Assembly (NCBI GenBank): GCA_003563915.1 | Contig: PWTE01000261.1 | Span: 29,200 to 93,199, forward strand | DNA from: Nitriliruptoraceae bacterium | Lineage (GTDB): Bacteria; Actinomycetota; Nitriliruptoria; Nitriliruptorales; Nitriliruptoraceae | Reading direction: 5' to 3' | DNA: 64,000 nucleotides | In this document: in pieces, positions 10,025-17,797 of the stretch | Layout of the letters: each line of letters begins with the position of its first letter | Numbering within the stretch: the first letter of the stretch is position 1 | Notes under the pieces: generated by a model | Databases searched by the model: none | The model's input: only the letters and a program-made list of their open reading frames with translations | Told to the model about the DNA's origin: nothing | Position numbers and translations under genes: made by a program

Positions 10025-10120
10025 GTGACACCCTGCGAGAACTGCGAGCAGCCCTACGACCCCGTGGGCACACGCTGGAAGTGCCCCCACTGCGGCTTCA
10101 AGAACCACTGCTGCGGGTGA
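10025..10120 (+). CDS. 31-aa Cys-rich zinc-ribbon / mini-rubredoxin-like peptide (absent from the ORF track)
   Basis: GGAGGA at 10014-10019 lies 5 nt before GTG 10025. Translation: (M)TPCENCEQPYDPVGTRWKCPHCGFKNHCCG, stop TGA 10118-10120. 28 of 30 codons end in G/C, as in neighbouring genes. Confidence 0.5.
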   Translation: MTPCENCEQPYDPVGTRWKCPHCGFKNHCCG

Positions 10121-10244
10121 GGTGGCTGGTCGTCACGCACGAGCGACCCACCGTCGCCGCCGACTCCGGACCGCTGGGACGAACCTGCTTTGATGTCGGT
10201 GTCCGGGGTTCGCAGGGCAACGGTTCCCCGGGGTTGGAGACCGC

Positions 10245-11408
10245 GTGATGCAACTCCTGGTGCTGCGCTCGACGGACCCGGATGAGACCCGTGTTGCCGC
10301 GACACCGGACTCGGTCGGTGTGCTCACCGGCCTCGGGATCGACGTCAGCATCGAGGCCGGTGCGGGCGATCGCGCCAGCCACGCCGACGCGGCGTACGCG
10401 CAGGCCGGCGCCACGATCGTGGCGGCCGACGCGACGTTGGACGAGGTCGACGTGGCGCTCACGGTCACCGCACCGTCAGCGACCCGTCTCGCTCAGCTCC
10501 CAGCATCCTGTGTGCTGATCGGACTGCTGCGACCGGTCCACGACCTCGCGACGCCACGTCAGCTCGCGGAGCAGGGCGTTTCGGCCCTGGCGATGGAGCT
10601 GATCCCCCGGATCAGCCGAGCTCAGCCGATGGACGCGCTGTCGTCCCAGGCCGGCATCGCCGGATATCGCGCCGTGCTCGTCGCGGCCAACTCCCTGGAC
10701 AAGATGTTCCCCCTCTCGATGACCGCGGCCGGAACGATCCGTCCCGCGACCGTCATCGTCCTGGGCGCCGGGGTCGCCGGACTGCAAGCGATCGCGACGG
10801 CGCGACGGCTGGGCGCCAACGTCCTGGCCAACGATGTCCGGGCGGCGGCAGCCGACGAGGTGGCATCACTCGGCGCCGACTTCATCCACATCCCGGGTGT
10901 CACCGAGCAGACCGGCGACGGCGGCTACGCCGAGGTGCTCGGTGCTGACCTCGCGGCGGCTCAGCACGCCGCGCTCCGCCCCCACCTGGCGAAGGCGAAC
11001 GCGGTGATCTGCACCGCGCAGATCCCTGGTCGGCGCGCACCGGTCCTCCTCCCCGCGGAGCTCGTCGAGGAGATGCCCGCAGGAACCATCGTGATCGACC
11101 TCCCAGCCGAGGATGGCGGTAACTGTGCGTTGACCCAGCTCGGCAGCGAGGTCGAGCACCACGGCGTCCGCATCATCCCCGCCCCTCAGCTGGCCCGGAG
11201 CATGCCCCACGAGGCCTCCGCGTTGTACGCCCGCAACGTCGCCAACCTCGTACGTCTCCTGGTCCAGGACGGTCAGCTCCACCTCGACCTCGATGACGAC
11301 ATCCTGGCCGGAGCCCTGTACGTCCACGACGGCGAGGTCGTCCACCGACCCACGCGCGACGCGCTGAGCTCCGCACTGACATCGGATCACGGATCGGAGG
11401 GAGCGTGA
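10245..11408 (+). CDS. pntAA: NAD(P) transhydrogenase subunit alpha part 1
   Basis: Alanine-dehydrogenase/PNT fold and VLGAGVAGLQAI Rossmann motif. GTGA overlap with the next gene. Confidence 0.9.
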   Translation: MMQLLVLRSTDPDETRVAATPDSVGVLTGLGIDVSIEAGAGDRASHADAAYAQAGATIVAADATLDEVDVALTVTAPSATRLAQLPASCVLIGLLRPVHDLATPRQLAEQGVSALAMELIPRISRAQPMDALSSQAGIAGYRAVLVAANSLDKMFPLSMTAAGTIRPATVIVLGAGVAGLQAIATARRLGANVLANDVRAAAADEVASLGADFIHIPGVTEQTGDGGYAEVLGADLAAAQHAALRPHLAKANAVICTAQIPGRRAPVLLPAELVEEMPAGTIVIDLPAEDGGNCALTQLGSEVEHHGVRIIPAPQLARSMPHEASALYARNVANLVRLLVQDGQLHLDLDDDILAGALYVHDGEVVHRPTRDALSSALTSDHGSEGA

Positions 11409-11698
11409 ACGGCACGCTGCTGCTCAGCATCTACGTGTTCGTGCTCGCCGGTTTCCTCGGCTACGAGCTGCTCACCAAGGTGCCTCCGATGCTCCACACG
11501 CCCCTGATGTCGGGCGCGAACGCGATGTCGGGCATCACCATCATCGGCGCGATCGTGCTGGCAGGGGCGACGACGGGGATCGTCTCGCTGATCCTCGCCA
11601 TCGCAGCGCTCGCCCTGGCGACCACGAACGTCGTGGGTGGGTTCCTCGTCACCGATCGCATGCTCGCGAGCTTCACGGCGCGGCGGGATGAGCGATGA
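11405..11698 (+). CDS. pntAB: NAD(P) transhydrogenase subunit alpha part 2 (membrane)
   Basis: 97 aa with three predicted TM helices, placed between pntAA and pntB with 4-nt overlaps on both sides. Confidence 0.88.
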   Translation: MNGTLLLSIYVFVLAGFLGYELLTKVPPMLHTPLMSGANAMSGITIIGAIVLAGATTGIVSLILAIAALALATTNVVGGFLVTDRMLASFTARRDER

Positions 11699-13116
11699 CC
11701 GTCGAAGCCGCTGCACAGCTCGCCTACCTCGTCTCCGTGGCGCTGTTCGTCGTGGGGCTGAAGCGGCTCGCCTCGGTGCGGACCGCCCGCCAGGGCAACC
11801 TGCTCCTCGCGTCGGGGATGGGCCTGGCCGTCATCGTCACCCTGGTCGAACAGGGCCGCCTGAGCTACCAGTGGATCATCCTCGGTGTGGCCATCGGCAC
11901 CGGACTGGGGGTCCTGACGGTGGTGCGAGCGACCGCCACCTCGATGCCACAGGTCGTGGCACGCTTCAACGGGTACGGCGGCGCGGCGTCGGCCTTGGTC
12001 GCTCTCGCGCTCTTCGCGCAGGAACTCGTGGTCCCCGGTGCCGACAGCGTCCTGGTCCGGCTCGGCGCGACCTCGGCTTCCACCCTGGCCGTGTCGATCA
12101 TCATCGGGATGGCGACCTTCTCCGGCTCGGTGATCGCCGAGGCGAAGCTGTGGGGTTCGCTCCGCCGGCTCGGTCGCGTGCCCGGACGGTTCGTCCTGCT
12201 GCTGCTCACCGGTCTGCTCGCGATCGGGGCAGCCGGCGCCGCCCTGGTCCTCGACGACGTCGTCCACGCGAGCGTCGCCGCTGGGGTGCTGGCCCTGATG
12301 ACGCTCGCGATCGGGATCCTGATCGTCGCTCCGGTCGGCGGGGCCGACATGCCGGTGATGATCTCCCTGCTCAACTCCCTGTCGGGGCTGGCCGCTGCTG
12401 CGACGGGCTTCGCCCTGGGCAACGTGCTGTTGATCATGGCCGGCACGATCGTCGGTGCGGCGGGTCTCATGCTCACCCTGATCATGTGCCGCGCGATGAA
12501 CCGCACCCTGGGCAACGTCCTGGCCGGCGGACTCGGCTCAGAGGACGCGGCCGATGGCGACGAGGCCACGACCTACGAGAACATCGTCGCGTCCGATCCG
12601 GAGGAAGCCGCGATGGTGCTCGAGGTGGCGCGCAGCGTCATCATCGTCCCCGGGTACGGCCTGGCCGCAGCCCGCGGTCAGCATGCCGCAGCCGAACTGG
12701 CCGACGCGCTGGCCGCTCGCGGCGTCGACGTGCGGTTCGCCATCCATCCCATCGCCGGGCGGATGCCGGGCCACATGAACGTCGTGCTGGCCGAGGCCGA
12801 CGTCCCCTACGAGCGGCTGGTCGAGATGGACCAGATCAACCGGGACTTCGCGCAGACCGACGTGGTCATCGTCGTCGGCGCCAACGACGTCATCAACCCG
12901 GCGGCGCGCCAGGCCTCCGGCACCCCGATCGCCGGTATGCCGATCCTCGAGGTCGACCAGGCGCAACGGATCCTCGTGATCAAGCGCAGCCTCTCCCCCG
13001 GCTACTCGGGCATCAAGAACGAACTCTTCGAGGAGGACCACTGCACGATGCTCTTCGGTGACGCGAAGCAGGTACTCGACGAACTGGTCGGGGAACTCGC
13101 CGCCAACCCGGCGTGA
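11695..13116 (+). CDS. pntB: NAD(P) transhydrogenase subunit beta
   Basis: 473 aa with a polytopic N-terminal domain. The C-terminal NADP(H) domain carries PGYGLAAA...HPIAGRMPGHMNVLLAEA...VVIVVGANDV. Confidence 0.93.
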   Translation: MTVEAAAQLAYLVSVALFVVGLKRLASVRTARQGNLLLASGMGLAVIVTLVEQGRLSYQWIILGVAIGTGLGVLTVVRATATSMPQVVARFNGYGGAASALVALALFAQELVVPGADSVLVRLGATSASTLAVSIIIGMATFSGSVIAEAKLWGSLRRLGRVPGRFVLLLLTGLLAIGAAGAALVLDDVVHASVAAGVLALMTLAIGILIVAPVGGADMPVMISLLNSLSGLAAAATGFALGNVLLIMAGTIVGAAGLMLTLIMCRAMNRTLGNVLAGGLGSEDAADGDEATTYENIVASDPEEAAMVLEVARSVIIVPGYGLAAARGQHAAAELADALAARGVDVRFAIHPIAGRMPGHMNVVLAEADVPYERLVEMDQINRDFAQTDVVIVVGANDVINPAARQASGTPIAGMPILEVDQAQRILVIKRSLSPGYSGIKNELFEEDHCTMLFGDAKQVLDELVGELAANPA

Positions 13117-13133
13117 ACCGTCGGGGCCAGTTC

Positions 13134-13150
13134 CTGCCCTCACCGGGCAG
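13134..13150. terminator. GC hairpin between convergent pntB and a membrane-protein gene
   Basis: ctgccc-tcacc-gggcag forms a 6-bp stem. It sits 18 nt after the pntB stop and 9 nt after the convergent gene's stop. No U-tract is present. Confidence 0.35.
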
Positions 13151-13158
13151 CGCGGCCG

Positions 13159-13560
13159 CTACCACCACTCGTCCCAGGAGATCCGCTGCTGCGCCCGTAG
13201 CGCCTCGGTGGCGCGGTCGTCAGCCCACCAGGCGGCGATCATGGTCACCGTCCGGAGACCGATCAGGAGCGACGCGCCCACCAGCAGACAGATGACGCCA
13301 CCCACCACCCAGGTCGAGGTGATGGCGGCGAAGGCGACCCCGACGAGGGCGCCGAGCGCGTGCAACACGATCAGCGCCCGGCGGACCTGCCCGGCTCGCG
13401 ACCGCGGCGACGACCAGCGGTCGAGCCGCCGCCACAACCTCCCCCGTCGGTAGGTCTGCCGGACCTCCCTGCGCGCCTGTTGCGAGTGGGCACGCTCGAA
13501 CTCCTCCGGGACGAAGAGCAGGTCGTCACGGTCGTGTGGACCCTTGTGGATCGACATCAT
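13159..13560 (-). CDS. Hypothetical membrane protein (two predicted TM helices)
   Basis: Starts at M21 (ATGATG at 13560) of ORF 13159..13620. Hydrophobic stretches LIVLHALGALVGVAFAAI and VVGGVICLLVGASLLIGL. No family recognised. Confidence 0.5.
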   Translation of the reverse strand: MMSIHKGPHDRDDLLFVPEEFERAHSQQARREVRQTYRRGRLWRRLDRWSSPRSRAGQVRRALIVLHALGALVGVAFAAITSTWVVGGVICLLVGASLLIGLRTVTMIAAWWADDRATEALRAQQRISWDEWW

Positions 13561-13707
13561 GACCGACCCTTCCGTAGCTGGTCTGCCTCGACCGCACCGG
13601 GATCGCCAGCGCCTTCCCAACGTGACGCAACTCCCTCACGCTCGCTAGGAGCACTCGTCCTGACCTGTCCTGGGCTTCCGTCCTGGGTGCGGTGACCCGA
13701 TGGCGGA

Positions 13708-14136
13708 TCAGAGGTACTGACCAGGATCGCCAGGAGGCAGCTCCCCGTCCTGCTGCTGGGAGCGCATGCGGGCCAGCTGCTGCTGGGCCGCCATCTGCTG
13801 GGTGGCGACCGACGCCTGGATGCCGTGGAAGAGGCCCTGTAACCAGCCAGCGAGCTGCGCCTGCATGACCCGGAGTTCGGCGCCTGTCGGTGTGCCCTGA
13901 CCGCTGGCGACGCTGAGTTCCTCCAGCTCCTCGGCGAGCTGGGGCGAGACGATCTCACCGAGATCCTCGACGATGCGGTTGTGGATCTCGGTGAGCCGTT
14001 CCCGTGCCGCCTGATCGAGTTCGGTCGTCCTCACCTCGTGGAGGAGCGTCTGGACGGTCGCCGCGAGGCGCATCAGTCGCGCCGGTTGTGCGATCTCCTC
14101 GCCGGCCTGCTGGTCGTCGATCGCCTGCTTCGACAT
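13708..14136 (-). CDS. bpa: Bacterial proteasome activator Bpa/PafE (DUF2587)
   Basis: Helical protein of about 142 aa ending in ...PGDPGQYL. The C-terminal GQYL is the 20S-docking motif of mycobacterial Bpa. GAGGGA lies 7 nt before ATG 14136; an alternative ATG is at 14151. Confidence 0.78.
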   Translation of the reverse strand: MSKQAIDDQQAGEEIAQPARLMRLAATVQTLLHEVRTTELDQAARERLTEIHNRIVEDLGEIVSPQLAEELEELSVASGQGTPTGAELRVMQAQLAGWLQGLFHGIQASVATQQMAAQQQLARMRSQQQDGELPPGDPGQYL

Positions 14137-14177
14137 CGCGGGATCCCTCATCGTGGATGGTGTGGCGGAGCTCGACG

Positions 14178-14555
14178 CTACCGGGGCGAGCCCGTCGTCT
14201 CCAGGTACAGGTAGAACAGTGACGCTCCCTCGGATCCCGCCGACAGGCCATGGGGTTCGCCCGGGGGCACGTAGACGTAGGAGCCTGGCGGCAGCCAGTG
14301 GTCAAGCGTCTCCACGACACCACTCACCGTCCAGACGTGGTGCGCATGCCCCTTGTGGACGTGCTCCGGCAGCTCGGCGCCCGGCTCCATCGAGAGCAGC
14401 CCGGCGTTGGATCTCCCCGCGGCCCACAGCTGGCGGATGCTCACCCCGGGTGCGATCTCGTTGCGGGCGAGGTACCCGATGCGGGGGGCTTCGACGATCC
14501 GCGCCCGCGGACGGGGGTCATCACCGACGGCGACATCTTCGACTGACGGTTCCAT
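14178..14555 (-). CDS. Cupin domain protein
   Basis: 125 aa. LPEHVHKGHAHHVWTVSG...PPGEPHG matches the two-motif cupin His cluster. Confidence 0.6.
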   Translation of the reverse strand: MEPSVEDVAVGDDPRPRARIVEAPRIGYLARNEIAPGVSIRQLWAAGRSNAGLLSMEPGAELPEHVHKGHAHHVWTVSGVVETLDHWLPPGSYVYVPPGEPHGLSAGSEGASLFYLYLETTGSPR

Positions 14556-14612
14556 CTCAGCACCTCCGGATCGATCGGTCCAGCAACAGCGAACGTGGCC
14601 CTCCTCTGCACC

Positions 14613-15791
14613 TCACCTCCAGGCGGCGGTAGCCGCCAGGTCATCGAGGTACTCACGGGCGACCAGCATCCGGTGGACCTCATCGGGTCCGTCGTAGAGC
14701 CGGGCGCCACGGGCATCCCGGTACATGCGCTCCAGCGGGAGATCGCCGCTGATCCCTGCGGCGCCATGCACCTGGATGGCGCGATCGATCACGTCGTGGA
14801 GCATCCGGGCGGTGTGGAACTTGATCAGGGAGGTCTCGACCCGCGCCTCGCCACCAGCGTCCATGATCCGCGCCGTGTCCAGGGTCATGAGCCGCGCCGC
14901 CTGGATCTGCGCCGCCGACTCGGCGACGTAGCGCTGGACCTCCCCCTTGTCGCGGAGCAGGGACCCGTGGGCATGTCGCAGGTTCGCCCACTCGCACATC
15001 AACTCGAAGGCCCGCTCGGCCTGTCCGAGCCAGCGCATGCAGTCGAACACCCGCGCCGGTTGCAGCCGCGACTGCGCGATCATGAACCCGTCCCCACGTT
15101 CGCCGAGGAGCGCGTCCGCCGGGACACGCACGTTGTCGAGGTGCACCTCGCCGTACAGGCTCGTCGTATCACCCATGATCGGCACGAGGCGCTCGACCGT
15201 GTACCCCGGGGTATCCGTCGGTACGAGGAACGCGGAGAACTGCCGGGCCAAGGGAGCCGTCGGATCCGTCTTCGCCAGCACGGTGGTGACGGCGCCACGG
15301 TCCGCGAGGGACACGAACCACTTGTGGCCGTCCAGCGACCACACGTCACCGTCCAGCGCTGCGGAGGTCCGCATCAGCTTCGGGTCGGACCCCGCCACCT
15401 CCGGTTCGGTCATGGCCAGGCTCGCGAACTGCTCGCCAGAGACGATCGGAGCGACCCAACGCTCACGCTGCGCAGGTGTCGCGAAGCGCTGGAGCATCAA
15501 CACGTCCTGCAACGAATGGGTGCCGAGGGCGATCTCCGCTGGCGCGGATCGCCCGATGACCTCGTTCACGTAGACGTACGCGAGGAAGGACAGTCCACCA
15601 CCGCCCACCTCCTCGGGGTGCCCCAGCGCCCAGAGATCCGCCGCCTTCGCCTGCTCCATGAGGTCGCTGAGCACGTCACGCCGATCGAGCAGCAGGGCAT
15701 CCCGTTCGACGGGGATCACCTTCTCATCGATGAAACGGCGGATCGTCTCGCACAGCAGACGGATCTCGTCGGTCAGGCCGAAGCCATCCAT
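14613..15791 (-). CDS. Acyl-CoA dehydrogenase
   Basis: Starts at M26 of ORF 14613..15866. AMTEPEVAGSD and the C-terminal ...IYDGPDEVH... are typical ACAD signatures. Confidence 0.9.
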   Translation of the reverse strand: MDGFGLTDEIRLLCETIRRFIDEKVIPVERDALLLDRRDVLSDLMEQAKAADLWALGHPEEVGGGGLSFLAYVYVNEVIGRSAPAEIALGTHSLQDVLMLQRFATPAQRERWVAPIVSGEQFASLAMTEPEVAGSDPKLMRTSAALDGDVWSLDGHKWFVSLADRGAVTTVLAKTDPTAPLARQFSAFLVPTDTPGYTVERLVPIMGDTTSLYGEVHLDNVRVPADALLGERGDGFMIAQSRLQPARVFDCMRWLGQAERAFELMCEWANLRHAHGSLLRDKGEVQRYVAESAAQIQAARLMTLDTARIMDAGGEARVETSLIKFHTARMLHDVIDRAIQVHGAAGISGDLPLERMYRDARGARLYDGPDEVHRMLVAREYLDDLAATAAWR

Positions 15792-16075
15792 GACCCGAAC
15801 CTCTCCTGGTCGACGTCTGGTGCCGGGAGCCGGGGGTGCCCGACTCCTCCAACTGGACTTCGCCACCGAGCGAACCGCACGGACCTACCCGGCGGTAGAG
15901 ACCAAGGTCGCATCCCGCTACCTCACACCGTCCCGCCTCTACCTACCGGCTCGACCAGCCGTCGGCCCGATCCGAGACCTCCGGCCCTACCGCGTTCGCG
16001 TAGACCCGCGGAGGATCGGGCGTAGATCGATCCGGCGCAACTGGCTCCGTGTCCGCACGGCAGGAAGGAGCCGCC

Positions 16076-16744
16076 ATGGCGAAGCTGGCACCTCGAAGCC
16101 AGCGTGTGACCATCCTGACCGGCGGGCACGCGCGCATCTTCGACACCCGAGGGCCATCGGACGGACAGCCCGCTACCGCCCCACGATCCGTGAGGCGTGA
16201 TGCGGACGAGCTGGCAGACGAGCTCGCGGGGATCTCGACGGCCATCTCGCTGCTCCGACGGCTCCGAGGGAAGCATGCCGACGACCGCACCCTCCAGGAG
16301 CAGCTGGATGCCGCCACGGACCACCTCGAGGCGATCGGGCGCTCGCTCCTCGACCATCGGGCTGCTCGAGACCAGTCCGGTCCGTCAGGTGGCTCGTCGG
16401 ACCTCCCTCAGGAGGGGGATCCGACCACCGTCTGGGACGTCTCCGACACGCAGGACGACCCACCGGACGAAGGCGATGTCGAGGCGTTCCTGACCTGGCT
16501 GACCTTCCACAGCCAGGGCGAACACCTCGCAGCCAGCTCTCGGCCGGATGCGGCGCTGCGGAGGTTCCTCCTCCGTCTGACAGGTTCGTCACGGATCCTC
16601 CCAGGCGGTGTCTCCTCCCAGCTCAGGCTTCCCGCGGGAAGCACGGTCGGGGACGCGGCGAGGGCGCTGCTGCGTGCCGTCCACGACCAGCAGGGACCGC
16701 GGTGCCCGTCCTACGCCGAAGCGATACGTCGCCTCCAGCGGTGA
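16076..16744 (+). CDS. Hypothetical protein, no recognisable domain
   Basis: GGAAGGAG SD precedes ATG 16076 (M10 of ORF 16049..16744). G/C-ending codons predominate, but visibly more A/T-ending codons (cga, gca, cct, gat, cat, ata) occur than in flanking core genes. Confidence 0.45.
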   Translation: MAKLAPRSQRVTILTGGHARIFDTRGPSDGQPATAPRSVRRDADELADELAGISTAISLLRRLRGKHADDRTLQEQLDAATDHLEAIGRSLLDHRAARDQSGPSGGSSDLPQEGDPTTVWDVSDTQDDPPDEGDVEAFLTWLTFHSQGEHLAASSRPDAALRRFLLRLTGSSRILPGGVSSQLRLPAGSTVGDAARALLRAVHDQQGPRCPSYAEAIRRLQR

Positions 16745-16856
16745 CCTCGGGGTCGACGTCGACCCGGCGATCACGCGGTTCCTCGGAAACGCTGGTGAGA
16801 CCCGAACAGGAGCCCGCCGCGGCGCGAGGTCCTGATCGGCGCGTGCAGCCGTAGGC

Positions 16857-17693
16857 TCAGGCCGGTTGCTTGGTTGGCGAGAAGAAGCTGGTGAGAGCCT
16901 CCGCGAGCGCCTCGGGATGGGTCAAGGGGGCAGCATGCCCCGCGCCGGAGATCTCCTGCACCGTTGCGTCGGGGACGTGGTCGGCGACGTGTCGCACGCT
17001 GGTGGCGAAGAAGGGCCTGGTCTTCGATCCGTGCGGCAGCAACACCGGTGCGGAGATCTCTGCGAGCACCGCCGGATCGTCGGGCATGGGACCTTGGTAC
17101 TCCATGAGCTGCTGGAAGATGCTCAGGAGGTTCGGGACGTAGCGCCCTGCGGCCTCGAAGTAGCCGGCGTCCTCAGCCACGGCGATGTCCTCGTCGTTGA
17201 AGGGATAGTCAGCGAACGCGCGCATCGCCTCCGTCAACCGGCCCTCGGAGGCCAGCTCACCCGTACGGGCGATGGCGCCACCCATGGCAGCTTGCTCCTG
17301 CTCCCCCATCAGGCTGTTCGCCACAGGCTCGATCGGGGCCAGCGCGGCCACCGCATCCGGCTGCGCCCCCGCCACGGAGAGTGCGAAGTTCGCACCGGCG
17401 GACCACCCCACCAGACCGGTCGGTTCCTCGATGCTGTCGACGTAGGCGAGGATGTCCTCGGTCTGACGACCGATGCTGAGGTCGGGGTGATCGTCGCTGA
17501 GGCCACGGCCCCGTAGGCTTGGCAGATAGCAGGTGAACCGGTCGGTCAGGTGTGGCAGCAGTGTCTGCCAGTCGAGATCGCCATCGCCGATGACGCCCTG
17601 CAGGAAGACCAGGGGTGGCCCGTGGCCATGCACGGTCCCCCCGATGGTGACGCCGTCGGAGGTGGTCACGTAATGGGTGCGTTGGTGGCTCAT
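16857..17693 (-). CDS. Alpha/beta-fold hydrolase
   Basis: Starts at M14 of ORF 16857..17732, with a GAGGAG SD. HGHGPPLVFLQG oxyanion region, GWSAGA nucleophile elbow (G-x-S-x-G) and a C-terminal GAGH. Confidence 0.8.
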   Translation of the reverse strand: MSHQRTHYVTTSDGVTIGGTVHGHGPPLVFLQGVIGDGDLDWQTLLPHLTDRFTCYLPSLRGRGLSDDHPDLSIGRQTEDILAYVDSIEEPTGLVGWSAGANFALSVAGAQPDAVAALAPIEPVANSLMGEQEQAAMGGAIARTGELASEGRLTEAMRAFADYPFNDEDIAVAEDAGYFEAAGRYVPNLLSIFQQLMEYQGPMPDDPAVLAEISAPVLLPHGSKTRPFFATSVRHVADHVPDATVQEISGAGHAAPLTHPEALAEALTSFFSPTKQPA

Positions 17694-17797
17694 GTGCTTC
17701 GCTCCTCGCGGCTCGTGCGCTCCTGCCGGCAACGATGACGCAGACGACGCCGGAGAACATCACCCGACCGGGTAAGGCTTCGGCGATCAGGCGACCA

